A program made the position numbers and the translations under genes. From positions 12,652 to 76,651 of IMG/VR virus record IMGVR_UViG_3300013719_000006: DNA of 64,000 nt; one strand, given 5' to 3'. Below, piece after piece: positions 20,131 to 30,745 of the stretch (position 1 is its first letter; each line of letters opens with the position of its first letter). The notes beneath the pieces were generated by a model, which was not told the DNA's origin, searched no databases, and was given only the letters and a program-made list of their open reading frames with translations. This DNA comes from a virus (lineage: Duplodnaviria > Caudoviricetes).

Positions 20131-20355
20131 ATGAAAAAGGTAATGACTATCATTTGTGTTGCAATGAATCTTTCAGCTTGCGTCTCTAACTCCCCTCCTA
20201 TCTGCTATAACGAAGCTGTTATCTATAAACAAAAGTACGACATTGCAGTTTTTAAGGTTGAGGAAGGAAAGTACCTTGCGGGCAAGCCTTTTTATACATG
20301 GACAGACAAATCACAGTTTACCGACACGGCAGCATGCGATCGATTAAACCCCTAG
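20131..20355 (+). CDS. cor: Cor-like superinfection-exclusion lipoprotein
   Basis: Lipobox NLSAC; PICY...YLAGKPF.W.DKSQF; opposite strand next to J module. Confidence 0.7.
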   Translation: MKKVMTIICVAMNLSACVSNSPPICYNEAVIYKQKYDIAVFKVEEGKYLAGKPFYTWTDKSQFTDTAACDRLNP

Positions 20356-21327
20356 CGCCTGACGGTAATATGAGTCATATGCATTGCAGTATATAAATCC
20401 CGGAGGGCCGCATGAATAAGCCGGCGGCCTACCCTGTGGGACCTGATAGTTAGATGATGCAAATAGATCGCCTCCGCTAGCCTCATAGTTGCCAGAGCTA
20501 TTCACTCCCCCGCTATAGCAGTTGTAAAGCGTTACTCCTGTATTTGGGAAGGCTGGGTCAAAAGGCTGACTAACTACTACCGAAACACCGCTGGTAGATG
20601 CAACAGGCTGCCCGGCGTTGGTTGTTGAGCCAGTCTGCATCTGCAAGGGAAGGCAATTGCTGTGCCAGACCATCTGACCATTGTTGTACATGAAGAAGCC
20701 ACCTGAAGGTACGTTTACCATCATCTTGGCAAAAACATAAATTCGGGTTGCGGTCATCGGGTAGCCAAAGTTAGGCCTGAACTGAAGCGCCCAATACCCA
20801 TTCTGATTAATCTCATTCCACCACACGTGATTGAATCCAGATGCCGCCAGGCTCCTGTGAAATGCTATCAAGGGAGTACTGACCGGAACGTTGGTCTGCA
20901 CAATCTGACTAAAGGATGGTGTAAGATCGATTACCTGAACAAGGTTAAAGGGTGTGAATGTCGGTGCAAGTTTGAATATCGGTGGATTGACTGAGTAGTC
21001 GTTATATACGAATCCTGCATAGCTCAACGTTGTAGTTGGTGTAGCTGTTACGATTAACTTTGAGACTATATCAACCCCTGCCCATGAGACCGTCTGGCCG
21101 GAAACGGATACCGTGTAAGTTATATTGCTTGTTCCCGCTGAAGTTCTTCCGCCAATTATCGCTGCGCTTATTGAGAACCCCGGCAAAGTATAACTTTTGC
21201 TGCCCGTTCCTGATACTGACGCCACGTCAGCAATAAAATTGTATGACATGGCGTTTACAGCATCAAAAGAGGTTCCGTTAATAAAAGCCTGAAATCCTGC
21301 CATTACCTCTGAATCCCCATTGAGCAC
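20344..21327 (-). CDS. Tail tip-associated protein
   Basis: 327-aa beta-rich ORF directly after TipJ. Confidence 0.55.
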   Translation of the reverse strand: MLNGDSEVMAGFQAFINGTSFDAVNAMSYNFIADVASVSGTGSKSYTLPGFSISAAIIGGRTSAGTSNITYTVSVSGQTVSWAGVDIVSKLIVTATPTTTLSYAGFVYNDYSVNPPIFKLAPTFTPFNLVQVIDLTPSFSQIVQTNVPVSTPLIAFHRSLAASGFNHVWWNEINQNGYWALQFRPNFGYPMTATRIYVFAKMMVNVPSGGFFMYNNGQMVWHSNCLPLQMQTGSTTNAGQPVASTSGVSVVVSQPFDPAFPNTGVTLYNCYSGGVNSSGNYEASGGDLFASSNYQVPQGRPPAYSCGPPGFIYCNAYDSYYRQALGV

Positions 21328-24300
21328 ACCAACTGACCGCTAGCGTTGTACCAGGCGGCCCCTCTGTTATCCAGTACAAATTTACCCTGACCGGAAACCG
21401 GCCCGTTTAGCTCAAATGAACCATCGGAACGCATGATCGTCCCTGTCTGACCGGCGACGTAATTCGACGAATACCACGAGCCAACCTTGGCAAGCGTAAT
21501 CGAGGCATAGTTGATAAACGCGTCGTTAATAAATATCTGACCGTTTACCGCAGCAAACGCCATCTGGTAATTCCCCGGATCACTACCGGTATAGATGCCA
21601 AACTGGTCAGCATTGAATGCCAGCGTAGACTTATATGCGCCATCTGAAGGCTCAATGCCAATAGCCATGCCAGCACCGTAATACTGCCCCCCTCGATTAA
21701 TGCCTACTCGCAAGGTGTACGACGCTTTAGCCACGCCGTTATCAGTAACAGTTGCTGTCAGCTTCTCATTCACCGCAGCACTTAACTCACCGTACTGAGC
21801 CTGAGCTTGTGTCTCTAGCTGAGCCATAGCCATTGAGACGTCAGCTACAGTTGTTCGGATAGTGATGATGTCAGCTCTGACCTCACCAAACTGGCGAAAC
21901 TGGTGATCTACAGAAGCATCGCTGTTTAACGCGTTCTGCAGCATCCCTTCGATGTTGTTATCAATCTGGCCAGACAGGTTTTCAAACGCATCTGAATTCC
22001 TGATGGCTTCATCGATATACTCAAGCATCCCCGGGATATCTGATGACGCCTGACCCGAAACCTGAACGAAAGGCGAGACGCCAAATGCGTTTTTGGTCCT
22101 GACGTACATATAGTAAGTATGGTCAGCCTTAAGGCCATGCAGCGTCCACTGTGAAGCCCGGCCAAGGAACTGAGCTTCGGTTTCAACAGCCCCGATTGAA
22201 GTGGCTGGCACCTCTCCTGTGTACCAGAATTCAAATGTCGTATCAGTTGTTGCGCTGACACTCATTACCGGCACGATGTCAGCCGAGAAGATGCCCGGAT
22301 TCCACTGAATGAAAGAAGGGGCTGATGGAGCGCCAATTACTAGGCTGACCTGAGTTTCGGCACCCTTCATGCCGTTTTCATTGCGGCCACGTACGCCCAG
22401 CGTATAGATACCGGCATCCAGACCATAGAAGTCATATCGGAACTGGTCTGTTTCGTACTGCGCAACAACCTTCCCGTCTGCGTTATAAACGTAGAGTTCG
22501 AAAACGATCTTCTTGGTCAGCGTCGCTGTCTGCCAGGTTGCCGTGACCTGAATAGTCTCGCTATTTACGTTGATGATCCGAAGGTTTTCGATGTTCGGGA
22601 CACGATATCCATTGAGGGTATCGTTAGGCGTTTCGAATACCGCGCCATCATCCACCACTGCCTGCTTGTTCGGGTCATAGAGCGTTGCTGAGATGCTGTA
22701 GACAGAGTTATTTTCGTCTTCAGAGACTCCCATAACGCGAAACAGGCGCGTTGCCACGTCACCGGTAGAGATGACGAATATCGTTCCATCTTTAACCCAG
22801 TTCGGCGCAGTGCGCAGGGTGATGATTCGACCAGAAACTGATGCGATCGGATAGCGTGTGAATTTGCCATTCGAGCCCATCAGCGACATTGTGTCGCCGC
22901 CGCCGGCCAGAGATGAAACATCGGCATCCACTGTTATCACGGCGCCGCTATGAGAAATGATGCGACCGCCAAGCCGGGTGGCGGCATAGTCATTATCCAT
23001 GACCTCAATGACATCGCCCGGGATGAAGGCGATAGCATCTCGCGCCATCTTGAAAGTGACTTTTTTGGTCTCTCTCTTGCAGGTTTCCAGCAGCCATTTT
23101 CCGGCCCGGAAAGCTTGCCCGCGGGAGGTGCAACCGAAGGCTTCCAACGTCGTTTCGTTGTAGCCGTACCGGTCAATCATCTGGTCATCAGAGACGTATT
23201 CTTTGACCTGCTCCCATCCGTTGTTTGGGTCAGTCCATGACACCACCACGGCGTTAAAGCGCTCTGAGCGTTTCATGGAGCTGTAGGTAAACAACCCGTC
23301 CACAACGCTGGCGTTGGTTACAGCTGCCACCGGGTCCTGCGGGTTGTCCAGCATGATTGAGAAGCGCATGCCGTCCCACAGAGCAATACCACGGAACATG
23401 CCTGCAATCTTGTCGAGAATGTCGCGGGCGCTGGATTGCTCAGTGATATAAGCATTCAGGGTGAAGCGTGGTTCTTTGCCGCCATAGCCATCATCAACAA
23501 GCTGATCGCAGAACTGAGACAGGATATAAAGGCTGCCATCATCAACATCGATGTATCCAGCCCGGCGGGCCAGCCCATAACGCGTATTTTTCACTAAAGC
23601 TCGAAACAGCCATGCGGGGTTATTGGTCCAGGCAGATTTAAACCCGCCGGTCCAGATGCCAGTGTATGTTCTGGCGATCGGGTCATAGTTGTCAGGCACA
23701 TCGACAATCAAACCTCGCAGATGATATGTGCGGGTAGGCGTGTCGGTGTACTGGTCCCGGTCAATCACTGCGCCGGCTACGGCCGAATATGGGTATGACA
23801 GGCTATCGTCGGTGATTTCAGTAAAGCTGTTCCAGATCGTTCCATTAGTAAGCAGGTCGCTGGAGCTGTCAGCAGTGACGCGGCGCAGACGGATATCAAA
23901 TGGCTTCTGCACCGGAGCATCAATGATATGCGCCTCAAGGTACTCGCCTGATATTTTCCCGCTGATAGTCACTGTCTTCTGGATATTCCATGAGCCGGCC
24001 GAACCGTTGCGCGTCTCGATCACCATGGTCACCGAGGTTTCGTGCTGGTTGCCTTTGGTATCCTGCTCTACCAGACCGGTTACACCGATGTTCATTCGCA
24101 CGCGAGTCACGTCAGTGTCAGTTACCGTACGTACCAGCGGTGTGCTCTGCGTTACGTCTGTATTGACGACCGTGGTCGCTTCAATCGCGTCAAAGCCGGT
24201 GATCGGCGCCTGATTTGCAGAACCCGGCCGCCACGCCACGCTGACTCCGTTGATTGTGACGTTGCCAGCTGCATCAGTGACGGGCGTTTTATTCACCATG

Positions 24301-24440
24301 AACGAGGAAAGGTGGTTCTGGTCTACCGGTCCGTAAATCGGGCCTTCAGAGATGAGATCGAGGGCTTTGAGAAACTGCTTTGATTTGAGGTTGTCATCGA
24401 TAAGTTTGGGAGTGCTTCCGCCACCGCCGCCTGAGCTCAT
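21303..24440 (-). CDS. Tail tip / host-specificity protein J
   Basis: 1045 aa; DLISEGPI, AWTNNPAW, FGCTSRGQA motifs. Confidence 0.93.
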   Translation of the reverse strand: MSSGGGGGSTPKLIDDNLKSKQFLKALDLISEGPIYGPVDQNHLSSFMVNKTPVTDAAGNVTINGVSVAWRPGSANQAPITGFDAIEATTVVNTDVTQSTPLVRTVTDTDVTRVRMNIGVTGLVEQDTKGNQHETSVTMVIETRNGSAGSWNIQKTVTISGKISGEYLEAHIIDAPVQKPFDIRLRRVTADSSSDLLTNGTIWNSFTEITDDSLSYPYSAVAGAVIDRDQYTDTPTRTYHLRGLIVDVPDNYDPIARTYTGIWTGGFKSAWTNNPAWLFRALVKNTRYGLARRAGYIDVDDGSLYILSQFCDQLVDDGYGGKEPRFTLNAYITEQSSARDILDKIAGMFRGIALWDGMRFSIMLDNPQDPVAAVTNASVVDGLFTYSSMKRSERFNAVVVSWTDPNNGWEQVKEYVSDDQMIDRYGYNETTLEAFGCTSRGQAFRAGKWLLETCKRETKKVTFKMARDAIAFIPGDVIEVMDNDYAATRLGGRIISHSGAVITVDADVSSLAGGGDTMSLMGSNGKFTRYPIASVSGRIITLRTAPNWVKDGTIFVISTGDVATRLFRVMGVSEDENNSVYSISATLYDPNKQAVVDDGAVFETPNDTLNGYRVPNIENLRIINVNSETIQVTATWQTATLTKKIVFELYVYNADGKVVAQYETDQFRYDFYGLDAGIYTLGVRGRNENGMKGAETQVSLVIGAPSAPSFIQWNPGIFSADIVPVMSVSATTDTTFEFWYTGEVPATSIGAVETEAQFLGRASQWTLHGLKADHTYYMYVRTKNAFGVSPFVQVSGQASSDIPGMLEYIDEAIRNSDAFENLSGQIDNNIEGMLQNALNSDASVDHQFRQFGEVRADIITIRTTVADVSMAMAQLETQAQAQYGELSAAVNEKLTATVTDNGVAKASYTLRVGINRGGQYYGAGMAIGIEPSDGAYKSTLAFNADQFGIYTGSDPGNYQMAFAAVNGQIFINDAFINYASITLAKVGSWYSSNYVAGQTGTIMRSDGSFELNGPVSGQGKFVLDNRGAAWYNASGQLVCSMGIQR

Positions 24441-24449
24441 GCTTTCACC

Positions 24450-24974
24450 TTAACTGATGGAAATGTCCCAGTCCTGATTGTTGCTGGTATCAATACCGAG
24501 AGAGATAACGTTGCTGCCAACCACCATTTCGCCCAGGAGTATTGGAACCGCCCGGCCCTGGCCGATTCGGTTCTCTGCGCTGGTGAAAGAGTTGTTGGTA
24601 ATGGAATTTGTGTCCTGGTCTGCGGCGCTCTGCGTCTTCATGTGTGAAGTCATATAGAGCGAGTAAGCAACCGAGGCGACCGTGACGGCCACCATGATCC
24701 AGACTGCAGCTACGGCGCTGATTGCCCCTTCTACAATCGGCACGAAGAGGACTGTCGCACCGTCTTTCAGGTGCCTGTTCATGTGGAATTCGAGGTTATC
24801 CTGTGACACGTCACCGCCATCGATGCGAAGACGCAGACGGGTTTTGTAGAAGTCGCGTTTGAATTCGGGGCATTGAGCAAGCAGAAGACGCAGGCCTTGC
24901 GAAGGCGTATCGACGTTCAGAGTGATTTGGCGGAAATGTCGTCGGAGATTCCCCGCAAATCTAAAGATGAGCAT
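24450..24974 (-). CDS. Tail assembly protein I
   Basis: GQGRAVPILLGEMVVGSNVIS. Confidence 0.85.
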   Translation of the reverse strand: MLIFRFAGNLRRHFRQITLNVDTPSQGLRLLLAQCPEFKRDFYKTRLRLRIDGGDVSQDNLEFHMNRHLKDGATVLFVPIVEGAISAVAAVWIMVAVTVASVAYSLYMTSHMKTQSAADQDTNSITNNSFTSAENRIGQGRAVPILLGEMVVGSNVISLGIDTSNNQDWDISIS

Positions 24975-25645
24975 TGTTCATGCCTCCATATAGAGTGCGT
25001 CAGGCTTACATAGGCTTGCCGGTATGGTTCGCGGCGGCTGAGGCGCCCGGCCAGTTCGTGATGGAGTACGGTGTTGTCCCCGAGCCAGAGCATTGCGTGG
25101 CAAGGGTCTGATTCAGGGAAGGCGCGCCGAATGATGACATCCCCCGGCAGAATGTCCGCCGGACTAACTTCGTAAAACCCGTTGGCAGCCATATTCTTCA
25201 GGTAGAGGTTTTCACCCCTCACCCACCATCCGTTAGTGCGCTCGAAGTCTGGGAGGTCGATGCCGCACAGGTGGTAGGCGTCCCGGAAAAGCGTGTAGCA
25301 ATCCATCACGCCATGTTCGAACCGGCGGCCCAGTAAATGCGGTACCGGTCGGAACTTTCGAAGCCTGCCGGCGCTTGCCAGCCACCACTCAATTCCGGTT
25401 GATATCTGCGCTACCCTGTCGGCAGCCGAAAGAACAAGCTTTGGCTCCGGGTGAGAATGAAAAACGGCGGTAATTTCTCCCGCCGCTTCTGCTTTAAGCC
25501 AGTCTGTTTCGCCAATCCGGAAGTTGCGCGCCGGATCGGGATGCGCATTGCGGCACCGCCATAATCGCTGACCGTCAATAATCAGCCCACAGACCTCGTC
25601 ACCGGACGATTCAGCGTAAGCAAGGCAATCACTTTCAATCATCAT
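24917..25645 (-). CDS. Tail assembly protein K (JAB plus NlpC/P60)
   Basis: FHSHP..SAAD; DCYTLFRDAY; HA.LW. Confidence 0.88.
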   Translation of the reverse strand: MMIESDCLAYAESSGDEVCGLIIDGQRLWRCRNAHPDPARNFRIGETDWLKAEAAGEITAVFHSHPEPKLVLSAADRVAQISTGIEWWLASAGRLRKFRPVPHLLGRRFEHGVMDCYTLFRDAYHLCGIDLPDFERTNGWWVRGENLYLKNMAANGFYEVSPADILPGDVIIRRAFPESDPCHAMLWLGDNTVLHHELAGRLSRREPYRQAYVSLTHSIWRHEQCSSLDLRGISDDISAKSL

Positions 25646-26346
25646 GACACCTTCGCTGAACCGGGGTACGCACCGTACGGCTTCGCATTCGGCTTCGGAT
25701 AGCGGAACTCGCAGCCGCTCAGATGCTTTGAGCATTTATCTTTCGACATATCGGAGGTCGGGTTGTCCTTTTCATCAGCAACCGGCCCGCCTGAATAGCC
25801 ACAGCCGTCGCCGCGGTAAACCCACTGACATACGTCAGCAAGGATGGTGCGGGCCGGGATGATTGCATTATCGCAGTCGACTGGCGTAGCTAGGTTATAG
25901 GTCACCGTTTCAAACGTCTCTTCAGCCATTTCCTCAATGACGTAGCGTGAAACAGCTTCCATTGTCGGATCAGCATCAGCGTTACCGTTTGGAAAGTTAA
26001 CCGCGTCGAGATGCTTTACCAGCACCTGCCGGCGCGTCACTACCGCACCAAGCGCATCATCGAAATCATGGTTGATACCGGTGATAAGCCCGGTGATGTT
26101 CGCCACCTTCATCGTCGGGCGCGAGTAGGTGCCTTCTGACTTGGTTTCGAATCCCTCAACCGCGATCGGATAGGCTGAATACTGGCGGCCCTGCCAGATG
26201 ACGTCGCCGTAATAGCCGTTCGTGCCTGCATGAAATCGAATTACATCGCCGCCGAATGACAGCAGGTCCACCTCGAACAGGTCGAGCATCGCGCCAACAC
26301 CGGAATCAGTGCTTTCGATGATTAGTTCTGCTGGTATGTCTCTCAT
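25642..26346 (-). CDS. Minor tail protein L
   Basis: CQWVYRGDGCGY...DKCSK..SGC Fe-S cysteines. Confidence 0.9.
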   Translation of the reverse strand: MRDIPAELIIESTDSGVGAMLDLFEVDLLSFGGDVIRFHAGTNGYYGDVIWQGRQYSAYPIAVEGFETKSEGTYSRPTMKVANITGLITGINHDFDDALGAVVTRRQVLVKHLDAVNFPNGNADADPTMEAVSRYVIEEMAEETFETVTYNLATPVDCDNAIIPARTILADVCQWVYRGDGCGYSGGPVADEKDNPTSDMSKDKCSKHLSGCEFRYPKPNAKPYGAYPGSAKVS

Positions 26347-26696
26347 CGTGGCACCTGCTCAAACGTGGCCGTCAGTTCATGCTGATTGCCTGTCTTCTTC
26401 AGCGACCATGACCGGCACACATACAGTCTTTGCACGCCGGTATCCGATGGCGTCCAGTAGAACGCTTCAACAGCCATCCTTGCTTTCAGGAACGCATCGG
26501 CCGCTTTAGCTGCATTAGGTCGGGAGCATTTAGCATCGTCGAAGCCTGCGAACGTCAGTTGGTACCGCCCCATTAACGGGTTGATACCCTTAACCTGCCG
26601 TTGCTCATAACCATCGCCCAGTTTTACTACGGCTACATCAGGCGTACGGTCGCCCGTGAAGCCCTTTTGAGGGCTCCATGTGAAAGTTTCTGGCAT
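26343..26696 (-). CDS. Minor tail protein M
   Basis: KLGDGYEQR...GIN; AFYWTP. Confidence 0.88.
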   Translation of the reverse strand: MPETFTWSPQKGFTGDRTPDVAVVKLGDGYEQRQVKGINPLMGRYQLTFAGFDDAKCSRPNAAKAADAFLKARMAVEAFYWTPSDTGVQRLYVCRSWSLKKTGNQHELTATFEQVPR

Positions 26697-26699
26697 GGG

Positions 26700-29600
26700 T
26701 TATCTACCTTTACTGAGTAAACCTGAAGGCCGCTGCTGGTCTTTGATAGTGCGAATGGCCACGGTCTGCATCATTTGCGCCATCTGCTTCTGCGTGGCTT
26801 CGTCAACGCCGCCAGTGGTTTGAATGTCGAAGTTGAAATTCATCACAAGCCCACCACCGGCACCGCCCCCGCCGCTAATATCCCGGTTGCTGATTACCGA
26901 TCCATTGTCGCCGGGAATCATGTACTGGCTGCCATTGCTGGCTTTGAAGATTTCAGGCTTACCGCCCTCACCTACGCGGTACATGCTACTGGCGTTGACA
27001 GGTCCGCCGTGCTCACGAGCGCCACCCATAGAGATGCTGCCAATGCTGGTCAGTAGTGATGCGCCGGCACTGGCAATCGCTGCATAGTTAGCGAACTTTT
27101 GAGCTGGCGTTAAAGCAGTTGGGTCAGCCATAGCCTGTGAAATTGCCAGCTGCAGGTTTAGTGCTGCCTGAGCTACGGCAAACCCTTTGCTCAGAGCGAA
27201 CATGGCCTGATAGGCGCCGCTGCTTTTCCCTGCTGCACTTGCTGCAAGGTTAGCAAGCCCATCAAACCCCTGAGATACTGACCCAACGATTGATGAAATG
27301 GCTTGCGACTGCATGTTGGCTTCATTCACTGCAATCTGCTGGCGTGCGTTAGCTGCTTGCTCCTGAATTGCCGTTTTAGCGTCTTCATAAAGCTGAGCAT
27401 TTTGAAGATCGATAGCTTGGTATTTTGCCAGCGCCTCAAGCTTCTGCTGCTCGCGCAAGTCAATTTCTGCAGTTGGATTTTGCACAGCGCCGGTTTGGGC
27501 ATCAGGCATCACGGCGGCTGCGGCAATTTCCTGTGTGGCGAACTTTCTACCCTGCTCTGCCTGAGCCAAGTCTCGTATCGCTTTGGCACTATCGAATGTT
27601 TTCGCTGCGTACTCACCGGCCTGGCGAATCTGGTCATCGGTAGCTCCCTTTCCGAGTGATTGTTGAGCGCGAAGGATTGCCTGTTCTCTACTCATCTCTT
27701 GCGTGGAGCCAGCCGCGAGCTCTGATTGTTCTTTCAGTTTCGCCAGCTTTTGTGAGACCGATTCTGCTGATGTAGCAGATTTCTTCGACTGCGACTCTGC
27801 ATCTGATGCAGCTTTCTTTCTGGCAGCCTCCGCCTGCTGTAAGTCGTAGTTTTCACCAGCAAGTTTTTTAGCAGCAGCAATCTGATTGGGATTGCTCGTT
27901 ACTTTAGCCTGCTCCATGCCTGCTTTCGTAACAGCGCGGAGGCGCTCATCTTGGATCTTAAGCAGCTTGTTTCTCTGCTCGAGGTCGAGAATTGCGTCAT
28001 CGCCTTTTTGTGTGGCAGGTGAAACTTGCATTGATTTGGGGTTGTACCCCTGGCCGGCCTGATTGGCGCGATTAATCTCATCTGCAGTAGTACCAAATGC
28101 TTTAGCTACCGCGCCCTGAACTCGCTCTAAGGTTGAGCCTCTTTCAATGAGATTGTCATGGATACCCATCGCCGAAAGCATGTTGTTGCTAAGCGTAACC
28201 TGCGCCTCATCACGGAGCTTTGTTGTGTTGGAAAGCTTGCTTTCTACCGCCTCCAGATCTCTTTGCTTCTGGTTAATCTGGTCGGTTAGTTGAGCGGCAC
28301 GCTGAAGAAGACCGTTACCTTGCTCGATGGTAGTGCCGTACTTTTTCCCTGATGCTTCAGCGTCATCTCTCTCTTTGGTTAGGCTCGCGATTTCGCTTTT
28401 CAAATCAGATACCACATCCTGTTGCCCACGCAATGCCGTATTTGCATCCGCAATGGTGCCGCGAAGTGATGTGTTACTCATTGCCTTGAGGGAGTCAGTT
28501 AAACGGTCAACGCCATCCGCAAAGGACACTGCTTCCTGTTTAGCTTGCTGAGCCTGCTGCCAAAAGTAAAAGACCGCTGCCCCAGCAATCATCGCCACAC
28601 CGGCTGGCCCGCCTACTAGCCCCATTGCTCCGCGAAGTAAACCAAGAGAAGTTGATGCTGCTCTGGTTGCAATAACAGCTGCCTCTTGCGATGCGATATA
28701 GCGCCCGTTAGCGGCTGTTGCCACACCTGTAGCATCTGCGGCGGCCAATCTGGCTGTACTTACCGCAGCCTCTGCCGATGAGATTGCAGACGCTCTAGCT
28801 TGAGCTGTTGCCGCCTCAGCTGCTGCTAACCTTGTATTCAATGCCGCTGATGCTTGCTGCAGTTGCGCCATTCTTGTTGCCGTAGCAATGCGACCTTGAT
28901 CCGTAATCTGCGATTTCAAACGCTGAATCTCTAAGGCCTTTTCTGATTCGATCTGCGCGATGGTAGTACGAATAGAAGCTGCTTCAGCTTCAGCAAGTCT
29001 TACTTCTGACGCCACTGATGCCTGAGTCGTTTTTAATGTAGTCAACCTACCTTCAGCCAGCTTTAAGGTTTGAATCGTCGCTGCTTTTTCTATGTCAGCC
29101 AGACGTAATTTGGCGCCTGCTTCAATCTCAATATCCTTTGCTGCTACAGCAGATGCTTTCGACGCAGCAATAGTAGCAGCCGTGTCTTTAACCTTTGCCG
29201 CTGTTGCCATTGCTAGGGCGCCAGCAAAACGGCTACCCATCACGGCTGTTAGAGCAACAAGAACTGTGCTGATGGTGTCGAGATTCTGTGAAAGGGAAAT
29301 AATGCCGGTATTGAACGCCTTAATCCCGGTCGAAACAGTTGAACTTTCTCCGACAAACTTTACGATGTTGTTTGTTGCGATAGTCATCGCCTGACCCATG
29401 GTCATGGCGGTGTTGGAGAACTCTTTCGCGATCTTGTCGCTCTGCTGCAGCAACCCATTCACAACCACTTCAGTTGTCAGCTTGCCCTGTGCAGCCATCG
29501 CGCGTAGCTGTCCAATAGTCACGCCCAGCGAATCCGCTAGCGCAACTGCTAGGCGGCTACCGTTTTCAGATATCGAGTTGAATTCTTCTCCACGCAGAAC

Positions 29601-30140
29601 GCCGGATGCCAGAGCCTGAGAAAGCTGCGTCATGGTTGAGCTGGCTTCTTCGGTAGTGGCGCCTGAGACCGCTAGACCCTTGTTAATAGTTTCGGTCAGA
29701 GTGATGAGGTCTTGCGTACTTGTTCCGGCGCTGCGCGTTGCTCTCTCAAGACGTCCATACAAAGTGGCGGTGGCGGTAAGGCTGCTCATGGTGTTCTGGG
29801 AAATATCGAATACACGCTGAGTAACATCAGCAAGCTGTTCAGTCGAACGCACGGAGTTGGCTAGCTTGTTATTTACTGTTACCCATTCATTTCCATATTG
29901 TGCGACCTGCTGAACCGACAGGGCTGCAATCACGCCTTTAGCGACACCACTCAGGCTGGAAAGAGCGCCTTCCATGGAAGCTACGGATCTTTCGGTGCGG
30001 TTAACACTTGCCTCAAGCCTGCCCATGCTGCCGCTCATGCCATTCAACGCAGCATCCACCTCTCGCCGGGCGGCAATCAGTTTTGCAGTATCCATATCTA
30101 CTTCATAAACAATGCTGCCAGCATTTACCGATCCAGCCAT
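26700..30140 (-). CDS. Tape measure protein
   Basis: 1146 aa, Ala/Gln-rich, SGVLRGEEFNS motif. Confidence 0.93.
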   Translation of the reverse strand: MAGSVNAGSIVYEVDMDTAKLIAARREVDAALNGMSGSMGRLEASVNRTERSVASMEGALSSLSGVAKGVIAALSVQQVAQYGNEWVTVNNKLANSVRSTEQLADVTQRVFDISQNTMSSLTATATLYGRLERATRSAGTSTQDLITLTETINKGLAVSGATTEEASSTMTQLSQALASGVLRGEEFNSISENGSRLAVALADSLGVTIGQLRAMAAQGKLTTEVVVNGLLQQSDKIAKEFSNTAMTMGQAMTIATNNIVKFVGESSTVSTGIKAFNTGIISLSQNLDTISTVLVALTAVMGSRFAGALAMATAAKVKDTAATIAASKASAVAAKDIEIEAGAKLRLADIEKAATIQTLKLAEGRLTTLKTTQASVASEVRLAEAEAASIRTTIAQIESEKALEIQRLKSQITDQGRIATATRMAQLQQASAALNTRLAAAEAATAQARASAISSAEAAVSTARLAAADATGVATAANGRYIASQEAAVIATRAASTSLGLLRGAMGLVGGPAGVAMIAGAAVFYFWQQAQQAKQEAVSFADGVDRLTDSLKAMSNTSLRGTIADANTALRGQQDVVSDLKSEIASLTKERDDAEASGKKYGTTIEQGNGLLQRAAQLTDQINQKQRDLEAVESKLSNTTKLRDEAQVTLSNNMLSAMGIHDNLIERGSTLERVQGAVAKAFGTTADEINRANQAGQGYNPKSMQVSPATQKGDDAILDLEQRNKLLKIQDERLRAVTKAGMEQAKVTSNPNQIAAAKKLAGENYDLQQAEAARKKAASDAESQSKKSATSAESVSQKLAKLKEQSELAAGSTQEMSREQAILRAQQSLGKGATDDQIRQAGEYAAKTFDSAKAIRDLAQAEQGRKFATQEIAAAAVMPDAQTGAVQNPTAEIDLREQQKLEALAKYQAIDLQNAQLYEDAKTAIQEQAANARQQIAVNEANMQSQAISSIVGSVSQGFDGLANLAASAAGKSSGAYQAMFALSKGFAVAQAALNLQLAISQAMADPTALTPAQKFANYAAIASAGASLLTSIGSISMGGAREHGGPVNASSMYRVGEGGKPEIFKASNGSQYMIPGDNGSVISNRDISGGGGAGGGLVMNFNFDIQTTGGVDEATQKQMAQMMQTVAIRTIKDQQRPSGLLSKGR

Positions 30141-30204
30141 TACTTTTCTCCAGGCGTAAAAAAGCCCGCATTGCGCGGGCTATTCATTTTTCTATCTCTG
30201 AATT

Positions 30205-30732
30205 TTATTGCCTCAGAGCTTCCTTGATTTCATCGGTGTCAAACATCAGCGTTGTGGCGCCATCACCCGATGAAACCATAGCGCTGACATCGCTCTTTCT
30301 AAAAACCGCATATTTTGGCGTAGGGCATGAACCCTGCTTAACGCATCCGTAAGGAATTTTATCAACCTCAGATGCGTCAGTGATTCCTTCTTCGGTGGCA
30401 ATCGGATCGCCGAGCTTTGATTTCGCATACTCTACTGCCCCTTTGTAAAAGGCGCTTTGAGTATCATCAAGGCTTCCTCGAACTCCAATTACCTTACCGT
30501 TAACCGAATTGACCGAGTAAACGGCTGCATCACCCAGCGCCGGCTCTGGCGCCTTATTGAGTTGAGCCTCAAGGAAGTGCTGCTTTGAAGGAATAAGATT
30601 CTCACGTTTAACTAAACCATCTTTCTTCAACTGATCTGAGTTACTATCAAGCTTGATGCCGAATGCATCAATGCCATCGTTGCAGCCAGCTAACATGGTA
30701 ACTACTGCCAATCCTAAAATAATCTTCTTCAA
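30205..30732 (-). CDS. Putative lipoprotein (moron)
   Basis: TTG start with GGGAG RBS; KKIILGLAVVTMLAGC lipobox. Confidence 0.65.
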   Translation of the reverse strand: MKKIILGLAVVTMLAGCNDGIDAFGIKLDSNSDQLKKDGLVKRENLIPSKQHFLEAQLNKAPEPALGDAAVYSVNSVNGKVIGVRGSLDDTQSAFYKGAVEYAKSKLGDPIATEEGITDASEVDKIPYGCVKQGSCPTPKYAVFRKSDVSAMVSSGDGATTLMFDTDEIKEALRQ

Positions 30733-30745
30733 TGCGTTACTCCCA

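Noticed and set aside
19050-24440. Diversity-generating retroelement or invertible tail-fibre cassette
   Set aside because: No reverse transcriptase, template/variable repeat pair, invertase or inverted crossover sites seen.
27300-29400. Ala-rich quasi-repeats in the tape measure gene
   Set aside because: Expected helical periodicity of tape measure proteins.
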